DNA of 64,000 bases from Mayamaea pseudoterrestris (lineage: Eukaryota), in contig BROI01000002.1 of NCBI GenBank assembly GCA_027923505.1, positions 124,001 to 188,000 on the forward strand, read 5' to 3'. Under the pieces are notes generated by a model that did not search any database, had not been told where the DNA came from, and saw nothing but the letters and a program-made list of their open reading frames with translations. Every line of letters starts with the position of its first letter. Positions within the stretch are counted from its first letter, which is position 1. The position numbers and the translations under genes are program-made. Below, piece by piece: positions 47,425 through 58,097 of the stretch.

Positions 47425-48990
47425 TTAATGAGTCTCCAAAATGCTCCGTACAGAATCCTTGAGTTTCGCATCCAAACCAGCTCCCCGCTTCTGCTTGATG
47501 GCCTTGCATAGCGCTTCACTGTCCGACGGCCCCAACCATTCATCCAAAGTCACCAACAAGTTAAAGTCGGACAGCAGTTCCATCAATGCCGCGTCGTCAT
47601 TTGCATCCAGAGCATGTAGCAATGCCTTTTTTGTCTTTTTCTTGAGCAGCCCACTCTTTTTGACCGAGTCGGTCGCTTTTGCGTACGCTCCGTCGTGACT
47701 CAACAGGGCAGTGTTCACCAAGCATAGCACCGAGTCAAATTCGTTCACTTCTTGACCATCGACAAGTACTGGATGCTTGGTATGTATGAGTCGTTTGTCA
47801 CTCATCTGCTTCGTTGCCGACGGCGCAAACAAACCTTCCGCTTGCATTTGCACACTCACGTTGGACAATTGAAAGGCATCCGTCGCACCCGAGTTCGCAT
47901 CCATGGCCAAGGTGCAAAAGGCGCGCGACGATTCCCCGCGATGGGTCGCCTTCATTTCCAGCAGCTGTAGTTGGGCCGCCACTTGCACGTCAGACGCCAG
48001 CACCGGCAAACTATCGTCGTCGTTCAGTCGGTCGTCGTGATACATAAAGATCCAACCAACCGGATGCAAACCCAACCAATTTGCGACACGAAGAATCGAT
48101 GCGGTCTTCTTGTCACTTTGGTCATTGTCTCGCGCCAAGAGCTCGATCAACCGTGACGCGTCGTACTCGTTAAAGTCGTTCGTCAAACTGGATGGCAGCG
48201 GCACGAGCGTTTGCACCTTGGTCACTTGGCAGTACTCCTCCTGCTCGGTCGTATTGGACAGTGACGTCTTGGCGCGTCGGCGATGCAGATTGACTCGCTC
48301 CTTGGCCAGTGTTCCCAGCAGTAGTCCCACCCCACCTGCGGCGCATGAGTTGCGGAATCGCTCCGCACTGATGCGACACATGTAGACGCGCTTGACGTGG
48401 CCGTGTGGTTGCGGCTCGACGGTATGCAGCTGCGCCTGGCGGTCCACCAAATCGGAAAACTTGCCCAATCGTTGCTTTGAGGAACGACGTTTTCGTGCGA
48501 CTGTGCCATAGTGTTTGGCGAGATCGGGAAATGGATTCCAAACTGCTTGCTTCTGTTCACTGCTATTTGGAATTGTACTGGACTGCTTGTTTGCAGCATT
48601 TCGTTTCGCTTGCGTCAGTGAAACGATGGATCCATGCTTCAAACCCAACGCATGAAGCGTCAGCGACGGATCCTCCACGTTCACCATTGGCGAGCGCATC
48701 GTTGCTTGCGTTTGTATGTTTAGCTTGTCTTGGTCGTCATTGGCCAATACAATGCCAGTACCAATCTTGGTGGAAAATAGACTGAGTGTTTCACGCAACG
48801 AAACCTTGTTGGTTGAGTCTGGGTCGACAGCTAGCTTTTCCAGAGAGCCGTCCGGCAAGCGGACGCGAAGAATCATGGATTGCGGCGACGAAGAAGCGAA
48901 CACAACATGGGCTTGGAACAGTTGGAGCAACAGAAATATTGTTATCAATAAGTCAGCCAGCCTCAAAGCTGGTCGAGTGATATGCCTCAT
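47425..48990 (-). CDS. NPL4: Npl4-like protein with signal peptide (candidate SELMA sNpl4)
   Basis: Ubiquitin-like MILRVRLPDG...LGLKHGSIV; MPN-like GLLLG...VANWLGLHPVGWIF...DAFQLSNVSVQM; N-terminal signal peptide. Confidence 0.82.
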   Translation of the reverse strand: MRHITRPALRLADLLITIFLLLQLFQAHVVFASSSPQSMILRVRLPDGSLEKLAVDPDSTNKVSLRETLSLFSTKIGTGIVLANDDQDKLNIQTQATMRSPMVNVEDPSLTLHALGLKHGSIVSLTQAKRNAANKQSSTIPNSSEQKQAVWNPFPDLAKHYGTVARKRRSSKQRLGKFSDLVDRQAQLHTVEPQPHGHVKRVYMCRISAERFRNSCAAGGVGLLLGTLAKERVNLHRRRAKTSLSNTTEQEEYCQVTKVQTLVPLPSSLTNDFNEYDASRLIELLARDNDQSDKKTASILRVANWLGLHPVGWIFMYHDDRLNDDDSLPVLASDVQVAAQLQLLEMKATHRGESSRAFCTLAMDANSGATDAFQLSNVSVQMQAEGLFAPSATKQMSDKRLIHTKHPVLVDGQEVNEFDSVLCLVNTALLSHDGAYAKATDSVKKSGLLKKKTKKALLHALDANDDAALMELLSDFNLLVTLDEWLGPSDSEALCKAIKQKRGAGLDAKLKDSVRSILETH

Positions 48991-49462
48991 GGCTATGCCT
49001 GTTGCGTTCTGCACTAGAACGATGGAATGGTAATGGTATACGTGTAGAATGGTCGATGGATCGAGAAAGACGAAACGTTTCACAGAACGTCACAGTTAGT
49101 ACCGTTACGATACCCTTGCAAGATGCTTGCGACTATAATATGATACGTACTTTACGAAAATGAGGTCCCTACCAGTACTGTACATAGTCAGAACGAAACT
49201 TTGAAGAATGTAGGTCTATATGTTCAGTCTACATGAGGAATATTCCTCCCATCGTAACGGATATTCAATTGTTCGTGGCATTGAGGCCGAGGCGATCACA
49301 ATGCTACGATCGTTTTACGACAAAGAGGATACCGGCACAGTATGCACGCACCAGATGAGAAACGAAACGAAAGGATTGTTAAGCAGAGATAGAAGATGAC
49401 ATTATTGATACTCTGATACAGGACTCCATTCATTTAAAATGTCTGTTGATTTTGCCAGTCGA

Positions 49463-50095
49463 CTACTTCGATTTGGACCTTGTTGCGTTGAACTTATTCT
49501 TCTTCTTCTTGGCGCCCGACTCCTTCTTGAGTGCAATTTTCTCTGCTCGTTTCAACACCTTCTCCTTCGCATGCTTGATCGCCTCTTTTTGTTGCATCTT
49601 TGCCTCGTTTGCCACCGTGTTTCGCAAATGTTCCTTGAGTGTACCCAACGAATCAGCCTGAAAGCTGGGGTGCTGGAGCACCAAATTTATTTGCGAAGTT
49701 TCCTTCAACAGCAAGAGCTGTCTCGACTTGTTGGATCTCAGCATGTTATCCTTTGGTAATTCAGCGTTATCTTCGGCTGGCGGAACGTTGGTATGTGAGA
49801 CAGACTCCAATAAAGCGTCGCGAATGGCATCCAGACCGTCAATCCGTTTCTTTTGCTCGTCGGCTCGTTTCAGCTTGAGCGACGCCAATACCATTTGTTC
49901 GCGCTTTAAATACTGATCGCGCTTGGCTTGACGTTTGCGCTGCCCTCGACTCAGTGCGTCGTTCTTGACGCTGGCGTTGGCAGTATCATCACCATTCGGT
50001 GGCGCGGCAACATGCGGGTCCGTTTCAATAATTTTCTTGGCTACAGGCACAACCACCCCACCTCGGTGCTTTGGAACTCGAGTAGCTTTTGGCAT
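49463..50095 (-). CDS. SLX9: Ribosome biogenesis protein Slx9/FAM207A-like
   Basis: Basic protein; SNKSRQLLLLKETSQINLVLQHPSFQADSLGTLKEHLRNTV matches the Slx9 C-terminal motif. Confidence 0.8.
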   Translation of the reverse strand: MPKATRVPKHRGGVVVPVAKKIIETDPHVAAPPNGDDTANASVKNDALSRGQRKRQAKRDQYLKREQMVLASLKLKRADEQKKRIDGLDAIRDALLESVSHTNVPPAEDNAELPKDNMLRSNKSRQLLLLKETSQINLVLQHPSFQADSLGTLKEHLRNTVANEAKMQQKEAIKHAKEKVLKRAEKIALKKESGAKKKKNKFNATRSKSK

Positions 50096-50685
50096 GTTTA
50101 CTAATGTTTCACAGAGCTGGGCCTGGTTGATAGTTGGATGAAACGATTGTCGTTCTTCTGTGAGAAAGTCTCGGTCGACTCATTGGTCGTCGCGCCCAAA
50201 CAGTCACGCTTTATCGCAGCGGTACTAAAGCTACGCGTGCATAAAATAATTAGTTTCGACCCATTTGAGCGCTTCACAGTCAACAAGCTGTGCGTCCGTT
50301 ATAAACTGACTACTTATTATTTATAACGAGTGCCAAATTATAGACGCCATTTGAGGTTGTGTAGTCTTATAGTACAGGTTTTTCTTTGGCCTGCGCCGAT
50401 GACTTGGATGTGTTACCTCACAACGCAAACCTTTTTCTACCCATAGGTGTAGTCTGACGATATATACAAGGCATCTACCGTATTAAGATGCCAAACAAAT
50501 GGTTTGGGATCAACGCAGATCATATATCCAAGGTTGCCGCGTGGACAAATTCAAGTGCCGACGGCCTGCTTGTCATTGTCAAACAAACCTGCCTCTGAAA
50601 CTCCGTGAAGGGGCTGGCCAAGCTCAATCACCCCGGCAAGGCAAAGTGTTTCCATTGAAGCCAAGCTTTCGCTACCACTATATTA

Positions 50686-51327
50686 TCACCTTTTCCTCTT
50701 CATTTTGTTGTCGGCCCGCCGTTTCCGAAAAAAGGTTTGCAGCAAGTCGGCCGACTGATTGCCCAGTACACCAGAATGAACGTCGCTAATGGAGTGAAAC
50801 GGATGCTGCTCCATGAGAGAATTCGGTAACGTATCAACGGCACCAAGCCGCACATCGGGCGCGCCGTAAACAATGCGCGACACTCGAAAATTGAGGCTCG
50901 CCGAAAGGCAGAGTGGACATGGTTCCAACGTTGTATACAAGGTTGTATTGACGAGACGCCAATTGTTGATTCGTTTTGCGGCTGCTCGCATGGCAAGTAG
51001 TTCGGCATGTGCTGACGCATCCTGGAACGTTTCGACGCGATTGCTCGCCTTGGCAAGAACTGCAAAGCCGCCTTGGTTCCGATGAACAATTACGGCGCCA
51101 ATGGGTACTTCATTGTATTTCTCTCCAGCCCTTTTACCTTCCATTAACGCAATGTTCATAAAATGCTCGTCAATGGTGTCTTGCGAGTCGTTGTCAGAAG
51201 AAATGATGATTCGTCGGTCAAACCATCGGCCAATCACTCTTGGCAGCAGATTCCATGAGTAATGCCGTTTTATGCTGCATGAAAAGAAAATCAGCCGCAG
51301 AACTATAAACAAGCATCTTCCATGCAT
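50686..51327 (-). CDS. tadA: tRNA adenosine(34) deaminase, bacterial TadA-type (probably organellar)
   Basis: EVPIGAVIV, DASAHAE, NWRL...TLYTTLEPCPLC, VYGAPD, HPFH and FFRKRR motifs. Confidence 0.92.
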   Translation of the reverse strand: MHGRCLFIVLRLIFFSCSIKRHYSWNLLPRVIGRWFDRRIIISSDNDSQDTIDEHFMNIALMEGKRAGEKYNEVPIGAVIVHRNQGGFAVLAKASNRVETFQDASAHAELLAMRAAAKRINNWRLVNTTLYTTLEPCPLCLSASLNFRVSRIVYGAPDVRLGAVDTLPNSLMEQHPFHSISDVHSGVLGNQSADLLQTFFRKRRADNKMKRKR

Positions 51328-51614
51328 ACTGGTATACTTGATCGTCTACGAGCATGTCTTTTGGTCTACCGTACGCTTGTACTGTATGATACGTTCGAGA
51401 TCACGAGCGAGTGACTGGATTTTGTGGTCGGCACAGTTTTGGCGAGCCGAAATTAAATAACGTCGCTTCGGTACAGCACAGGCGCCGACAATACCTTACC
51501 TTCTACCGACGTTACTTGGCATGCGCGAGCACCGTCCGTCGTTTTTCCTCTCCCATCACAAAACCGAGGTTGTCGTAGTTTCGCTTGCTTTGCGAATCAT
51601 CGATTGTAAACACC

Positions 51615-52112
51615 ATGGGACCTCCTCCAGCCAGTGACGATGTCAAGATTGTGATTATGCGCACCGTGGGTGGTGAGATTGGAAGTGCCTCGTCGCTCGC
51701 CCCCAAGATTGGACCGCTTGGATTGAGTCCGAAAAAGGTTGGTGAAGATATTCAAAAGGCTACCATGGACTGGAAGGGTTTGAATGTTACCGTCAAATTG
51801 ACGGTTGTGAACCGTCAGGCGACTGTGAGTATGATTCCGTCCTCGTCATCCCTCGTCATGAAGGCGCTCAACGAGCCGGTGCGTGACCGCAAAAAGGTCA
51901 AGAATGTCAAGCACAATGGCAACTTGACCTTGGATCAAATCATTGACATTGCCCGTCAGATGCGTGAGCGCAGCATGGCCAAGAAGCTGGCCGGAACTGT
52001 TCTTGAGATTTTGGGAACGGCTAATAGCATTGGATGCACCGTCAATGGAGAGAGTCCTCGCGACATTCAGCAGAATATCAAGGATGGCGAGATTCAAATT
52101 CCGGAGGAGTAA
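51615..52112 (+). CDS. RPL12: 60S ribosomal protein L12 (uL11)
   Basis: [43 protein letters not shown] and [13 protein letters not shown] motifs. Confidence 0.98.
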   Translation: MGPPPASDDVKIVIMRTVGGEIGSASSLAPKIGPLGLSPKKVGEDIQKATMDWKGLNVTVKLTVVNRQATVSMIPSSSSLVMKALNEPVRDRKKVKNVKHNGNLTLDQIIDIARQMRERSMAKKLAGTVLEILGTANSIGCTVNGESPRDIQQNIKDGEIQIPEE

Positions 52113-52336
52113 ATGCTGCTGGCGATGGAGGTCATGGAAGATGTCTTTGCAATGGCCATGGCGAGGAAGATGATTTATTGTATGATTTGTAGAATATAAT
52201 TTATCCTAAGCTAGGTATCGTCACTTAACACGTCATCAATCTATTAGTCGTCCGAGTAGCTTTACTTCAGCATTAACTGTGCCACCTAGGTACAAAACGA
52301 CAGTCATGTAATATGCATTTTGTAAAAATTATTAAG

Positions 52337-55300
52337 TTACGCCGCTAGCGCCCCTTTTTGCAGCAATTCAATCATTTCGTCATGATCAAAAGCAATCTTG
52401 GCCTGTTCAAGCAACTCATGAATGTTCTTGGAGCGCTGGCACCTTTCAATCACCGACACTAACCGCATAGCCGCCTCCTCCACGACTACATCCGTCATGT
52501 TCAAGCTAAAGTCAGCAGATAGCTGATCAAACATGGCAAACAAGATTATCATTGGTCGCAGCGCATTCTGAAAGTCGGAAAGTGTAGGCTTGGCGCGCCG
52601 CGCTGTCGTCTTGGGTCGGCGGGCCGACGCTGTTAAAGGTTCCGGTGAGCTCGGCGCACTCCCGGCGTCAGCAGCATACCATTCAGCAAAGGAATGTGAC
52701 CGAGCTCTCTTGGTGCCTCCGCGAACCGTCTGACAACCAGAGCCGTCAATTTGAAGAGCGTGGCGTCGGCCGGCGCAAAGTAACAAGCCGCGTAAAAAGT
52801 AGTCCTTGCCCAGCAGCCACATGCGCTTCGCGTACGGTCCGCTTGATGTTGCGGTTGCCGCGGCAGCGCTCGGCCCACTGTGAAACAAAATACTAACGAG
52901 TGCAGCCATAGGGGCACTGTCGGCGACGCCTCGTGTGAGCGTCGTGGGTATGCTTGCGTCATCCTTGGAAGCCATCATTGAAACAGCAGCCAGGAAACCA
53001 CAAGGCAATGCGCGAACATGCTTGCTTAGCTCCTGAGTTTCGGTTCCTCTTTCAAGCATTTCGGCCAAAAGAAATTGATGAAGCAAAAGTTGACAGTTGG
53101 ACGCCAATGAGCCCCCTCCACAATCAGCGTTCAGCGATTCGCCATAGGCCATGCGAAGGAGGAGAAAACGGGTATCATGCAACACGCTCCATAGCATGGA
53201 CTTTGGTGCGCTACCAAGAAGGTTAGTTACCACAGTCTGATGAGCCGTCAATGCATTATTTATTGCCGAGAGTGCTACCTTGGTACTTTGACTAGACACC
53301 AAAGGCACGATCACGTTGCATGTCACTCGACTGTTCCTTAACGTCGCTCCATCCCACTCTGATTTCGGCGCCTTAGGGTGAGATCGATCAGCTTGGCGAG
53401 CCGTCTGGTGGCAGGTGAAATGAATAGCTGTCCCAGCCGAAACACTTGTGGTGTAGACAATATTCTTCCGGCTGGGTGACTGCATCGTCGTGACTTCCGA
53501 CGCTGAAATACGATCTGCTGCAGCGCGACCAAGTAAAAACCATTCCTCGGCAAGAGGATCGCCAATGAGACTCTCCGGTATCGTTGTCGGCAATGCTTTT
53601 AGTAAACATGTTCCATCGATAGCTTGCCGCACGCCGCCTTGATCGCTTGCGATAGTGACTTTTTTAACAAAGGCATAGAGACCAAGGAGGGATGACGGTT
53701 GAAAGTGGTAACCTTCCTGACAAATCGCACACGTCTGACCATCTTCGTCTTCCATGCTTTCCATTTCGGTAAGCCAGGCGGGTTTTGCGTCAGAAACGGG
53801 AGTGGCAGTGTTCGATGCTGCCGGTGCTTTAAACAGACCAATATAAGGAGCTAAAAGGGATGCCGCTGCGTCCCGCATCGCACTGGGTTGCGCTACTGCA
53901 ACTTCGTCCATCGTTATTGTCCCAGGTGTCGAAGCAAAGGGAGTTGACATCTTTTGCATTGCCAAGTTTCTCCTCTCTTCAGCAAGCTCCTTCTTTCGCA
54001 TGCGAGTCTTCTGCCGAACCTTGTCGACTGACGTCTGCACCTTTTTGTTGCATTCGATCAATTCATCAAGTAGCGTTTCTGCAAGCAGTCCAAGTCCACC
54101 AGTTGAAATATCAAGATTGTCGTTGTCCAATGTTGTCTCAATCCAGTGACATAGCTGGATAAATTTCGCCGACGCCGCTACTCGCGCTTGCGTCGGAGCA
54201 TGCAGCTTACAAAGTCCAGTGAGAATTTTAAATGCAGTCCGAATACCGCTACGTGTGAAATAGTCGCGCCATTGCTCTTCAAGGGACATACCGCGCGCCT
54301 TTGGCTCGCCCGGCATTTCACCTTTCGACCACAGGGCAGCTGACCATGGCGGCGGCTGCTGTGGAATGTCTTTGTAAATAAAAGCCGTCAAACGTTCAAT
54401 GAGGCCGGACTTGATTAGCTCCATTCGCAGCGGATTACAGACTTCGTTGGAAGGAAGGCTCATCGCAGTTTGCACAAAAGTGTTCATCAGCACCAAACTT
54501 TGTGAAAATTCAGAATCTTCAGCTTCGCATTCACCGAGATGCTCAATGACAATGTTGCGACTAAAATGGTCTGCAAGCGTCATCGATAAATCAGGCTGAC
54601 CGTATGTAAGGAATGGCAATAGCTTGCCGATCACTTGCCGCAGTGGTGGGCTCAGAGATATTGTCTCAATCGACTCTAGCAGCAAGGTCATACTTGTCGC
54701 ATCATGCGACGTATCTGATTCGTAATTCGGCTCGTCAATGGAAGCTCCTTCTGGGCTAGAACTCTCGGTCGAGCCAGATATGTCGCAGGTCAATGATTCG
54801 ATGAGTTCTTGCAAAACCTCAGCAGTAGGACATTTGGATCCATCCGCATCCCAAGCGCCGCCTTCGATGCCTTTCAATACATCTAAAAGCAACGTCAAGA
54901 GTAAAGTCGGGGCGCGTGCGCTCACCAAAAGTTTCCGATTCGACTGCAACTGGCAACAATAACGAAGCAGTATAAGACTCGACGAAGGAGCATTCGATTT
55001 AAATAACTCTCGAGAAGCATTCAATCCTCCACCAACGTCGTCACGACGGATGCGCCGCAGAGAGTCTGCAACTGTATGATGCACTGAGCGAAGTATGACA
55101 TGAATTCCGCGACCACTTGTAACCAAGTGAGTTAATTTGAACTGTTCCTCCAAAAGCTTTTCTCGATTCTCTGGACTCATCTCCGACGCCGCTTCTGGAT
55201 CGACTAAAGTGTTGACAGTATCTTCCGTTGCTTCTCCGTCAACGCCAGCCAGGCGATACATGATGATCAGACTTGGCAAGGCGCTTGTTGGTGTATCGGC

Positions 55301-57829
55301 TGTGATTGTATTGGCTCCTGTTCGAGTCACTTGCAGCCGTTCATTCACCAAACCAGAGCTAAAAATCATGCTGAGACCTCCAGTCGACAGCAAGCCGCTG
55401 CTACCCATGCTAGTACTCGATAAGTTTTCCATCAAATGCTGCCGCCACAGTACTTGGTTAACAACGCGCAGTTTTAATCCAACATTGACAATCTTGCCGG
55501 CAATGATAATCTCAATCAACTCGGCGCTGTCTGACATTTGCAGGTCGTTGGCAATGTGCTGGCGCAAGTCTGCCACAGTCGGTTCATACGACGGATCGGC
55601 CGTGGAAGGTTTCAAAATTGACATGGGGATTGGATTTCGACTCAGGGAGCCACCAAAGAACTCCTCTTGCGTCGGAGCCCGTCGCATGATGATCTTGGTT
55701 GTATCAGGCTTTTTAGGAGGCTGAACATACTTATTAATGCTTTCCACCATGGCCAGTTCGGAAGCTATAGTCAGATAGTTTGATCGACGCAACGGCTGAT
55801 GCGAAGCATTACCTCCGAGGTGATGAACGTGCGGCGGATACAGAGTCGCCAAAACTTGCATGCTTTCCGATATAAGCAGCTTGGTGCGCACTTCCAGCGT
55901 CGGCGTCAATGATAAACAGGGTGTCATTGCTTCGGCTGCCTTTGCCTCCTCTCGACTAGTGCGGACTGCACCCAAGATGCGTGACCGGCTATTAAGACTC
56001 GCTATAAAAGCTAGCTGCTCTTCCTCGTCCTCATCGCCCGCCAAAATGTAGTCATGTGCGCCTTCCTCCTCAAACACGTCGTCGTCGTCATCCTCGTCAT
56101 GCTCCTCGTCATGTTTCTCCTCATTGCAAATTTCCATTCCCTCGTGCTCCGAGTCGCTAAAACTAGAGTCGCCTTGGGCCATGATTTCATCCAAACGAGT
56201 ACTGCCTGTCAGCTTCATGGCAGCATTCTCTTCCTCGTGTGCTTCGTCATCTTGGCCAGCGGCCAGTACTGTCACATCCCCTTGTGCTTCCACCCCAGCT
56301 GCAGCTCCTTCCTCGCCGTCAACGTGAACCGAAACTTCGTCGTCGTCGTCACTAATGCTGTCCTTCTCATCCTCTTCCTCTTCCTCCTCATCGTCCGAAT
56401 GTTGATCAGCATCGCCTTCCACTGCAGCCTTAATGTGAGCGACAAGGTCATCCATGTGAACGTCACTTGTGTCGTTCGTCGCCTCCGACTCGTCGTGACT
56501 CTCCTTGCGAACCGATGGCTGCGCTCGAGTCGGCTGCATGTTTGGCTGGTTTAACGGATTGAGCAACTCTGTGAGAATGTGTTTGCACTGCTGCAACGCA
56601 ACCTGATCGTGCGAAATGTCGTGAGACGTCAAGTGATAGTATGTTTTGAGCAAACATGCTAGTGGCGAGAGTGGCTGGTGTTGATTGGAAGTTTCCGTAG
56701 CAGGTTGTTGTTGCGGTTGTTGCTCCGCGCTACTGCTCTGTTGCAGCAACCTCTCGTTCCACAACCATTGCACATGTCGATACTTGGCAAGCTGCAAGTC
56801 ATCCTCCGACGAGCATTCTTGGTCGAGCAACAAGTGCTGCAGCAATATTAACCATCCCACCGTTCCAACGTTTGGTGCGTGTTGCTCGTCGTGAACGATG
56901 CGCGACCACTTGACAACGTCGGCGCGGCTTACGGCAAGGTGCGAGTAGCAGCTACTACTACTTGTAGTAGTCGTTGCAGTCGTTGCAGACGTCTTGGTGA
57001 CTTCATCATCATTCAAATGTTCCAGTACAGACTGGTTGTTTTTGTCGGCAGTGGCTTCCGGCGGCGGTTGCTCCATCGTTTCGTGATGCCGACTTGCCAA
57101 TGTGAGTAGTAGCGTCGTTCCTTCCAGTATCAGTTGCGGCGTCCACCACTTCGCTGCTTGCAATCGCTGCTGCTGCCATTCCAAAACCAAGTGCTTGACT
57201 TCTTGTCCCAGTAGTTCCAGCGGCGTTTCCTCCAGCAGTCGCTTGGTGGCCAATTGGCGCTCCGCTTGTAGGGGTGACGTGAGCGCCAGCATGAGCGGAT
57301 GCGGCCGAAAGCGGCACGACTGCTTTGTGATTGACTGCTTCGTGCTGGCATCAATGATGGAAAATGACGGAGCGCTGCTTGTGTTCTGCTTGTCTATATC
57401 GGGTGACTTGAGCTTTTTCTGCTTGCGTCGCTTCTTGGTGGGTCGGGAAAGGAGAGCCGCTTCCTCCAGTTGCTTGGAGCGCCGCCATACTTGAACGTAT
57501 TTTGAAATTGCCGCTCGAATGAGGCGCAGCGCTCGCTGCTGCGCGAGGGCCTGCAGCACTTGGCGTGACGAAAGCGACGACAGTAGCGCCAGGCGGGCTC
57601 CAACGTTGCTGGTTCGGTAATGACGACTATTCGCCAAAGCATCGTTGCTGCTGCTAAAGGAAGTTTGAGTCGTCATGGGAGCGACGCTCCGAGCGTGACT
57701 TGACATGGAACAGGTGAAGCAAGAAGAGCTAGTGGTATTTACTTGCAAATGTGCTTGGTTGAGGTTGTCACAGGGCTGTTCCGTCGTTCGCCTCTCGTGA
57801 TGTGATGGAAAGCGATGGCAGCGCTCCAT
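52337..57829 (-). CDS. UBR4/BIG-like E3 ubiquitin ligase, C-terminal region only (~1830 aa)
   Basis: TQEEFFGGSLSRNP, MIYRLAGVDGEATE-type motif, LLPFLTYG, hemiRING CAICQEGY...HFTCH, EWDGATLRNSRVTCN and DCGGGSLASN. Start codon uncertain. Confidence 0.88.
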   Translation of the reverse strand: MERCHRFPSHHERRTTEQPCDNLNQAHLQVNTTSSSCFTCSMSSHARSVAPMTTQTSFSSSNDALANSRHYRTSNVGARLALLSSLSSRQVLQALAQQRALRLIRAAISKYVQVWRRSKQLEEAALLSRPTKKRRKQKKLKSPDIDKQNTSSAPSFSIIDASTKQSITKQSCRFRPHPLMLALTSPLQAERQLATKRLLEETPLELLGQEVKHLVLEWQQQRLQAAKWWTPQLILEGTTLLLTLASRHHETMEQPPPEATADKNNQSVLEHLNDDEVTKTSATTATTTTSSSSCYSHLAVSRADVVKWSRIVHDEQHAPNVGTVGWLILLQHLLLDQECSSEDDLQLAKYRHVQWLWNERLLQQSSSAEQQPQQQPATETSNQHQPLSPLACLLKTYYHLTSHDISHDQVALQQCKHILTELLNPLNQPNMQPTRAQPSVRKESHDESEATNDTSDVHMDDLVAHIKAAVEGDADQHSDDEEEEEEDEKDSISDDDDEVSVHVDGEEGAAAGVEAQGDVTVLAAGQDDEAHEEENAAMKLTGSTRLDEIMAQGDSSFSDSEHEGMEICNEEKHDEEHDEDDDDDVFEEEGAHDYILAGDEDEEEQLAFIASLNSRSRILGAVRTSREEAKAAEAMTPCLSLTPTLEVRTKLLISESMQVLATLYPPHVHHLGGNASHQPLRRSNYLTIASELAMVESINKYVQPPKKPDTTKIIMRRAPTQEEFFGGSLSRNPIPMSILKPSTADPSYEPTVADLRQHIANDLQMSDSAELIEIIIAGKIVNVGLKLRVVNQVLWRQHLMENLSSTSMGSSGLLSTGGLSMIFSSGLVNERLQVTRTGANTITADTPTSALPSLIIMYRLAGVDGEATEDTVNTLVDPEAASEMSPENREKLLEEQFKLTHLVTSGRGIHVILRSVHHTVADSLRRIRRDDVGGGLNASRELFKSNAPSSSLILLRYCCQLQSNRKLLVSARAPTLLLTLLLDVLKGIEGGAWDADGSKCPTAEVLQELIESLTCDISGSTESSSPEGASIDEPNYESDTSHDATSMTLLLESIETISLSPPLRQVIGKLLPFLTYGQPDLSMTLADHFSRNIVIEHLGECEAEDSEFSQSLVLMNTFVQTAMSLPSNEVCNPLRMELIKSGLIERLTAFIYKDIPQQPPPWSAALWSKGEMPGEPKARGMSLEEQWRDYFTRSGIRTAFKILTGLCKLHAPTQARVAASAKFIQLCHWIETTLDNDNLDISTGGLGLLAETLLDELIECNKKVQTSVDKVRQKTRMRKKELAEERRNLAMQKMSTPFASTPGTITMDEVAVAQPSAMRDAAASLLAPYIGLFKAPAASNTATPVSDAKPAWLTEMESMEDEDGQTCAICQEGYHFQPSSLLGLYAFVKKVTIASDQGGVRQAIDGTCLLKALPTTIPESLIGDPLAEEWFLLGRAAADRISASEVTTMQSPSRKNIVYTTSVSAGTAIHFTCHQTARQADRSHPKAPKSEWDGATLRNSRVTCNVIVPLVSSQSTKVALSAINNALTAHQTVVTNLLGSAPKSMLWSVLHDTRFLLLRMAYGESLNADCGGGSLASNCQLLLHQFLLAEMLERGTETQELSKHVRALPCGFLAAVSMMASKDDASIPTTLTRGVADSAPMAALVSILFHSGPSAAAATATSSGPYAKRMWLLGKDYFLRGLLLCAGRRHALQIDGSGCQTVRGGTKRARSHSFAEWYAADAGSAPSSPEPLTASARRPKTTARRAKPTLSDFQNALRPMIILFAMFDQLSADFSLNMTDVVVEEAAMRLVSVIERCQRSKNIHELLEQAKIAFDHDEMIELLQKGALAA

Positions 57830-58097
57830 GTCGGAGCGCTTGCGGGGAGGTTTTTGCTTGCGCTGCGACACTTGGGTTGCTCATTAGCAGTCGAAAGCGG
57901 GACTGAAATTCCAAGTTATTGATATGCCCTCGTGAAAAGTCTCGTGAAAACTCAACTTGTGTTGCTCGCCAATTTTTCGCGTCGAAATTTTCCTCGGCGG
58001 GTTTGCCCAAGCAAATCGATGTTTTGAAACAATGTGATCATCAATTTGACAGCTCGCTGCATTGACAGTATCTTCTCATACCAACCCAGAAGTCATA

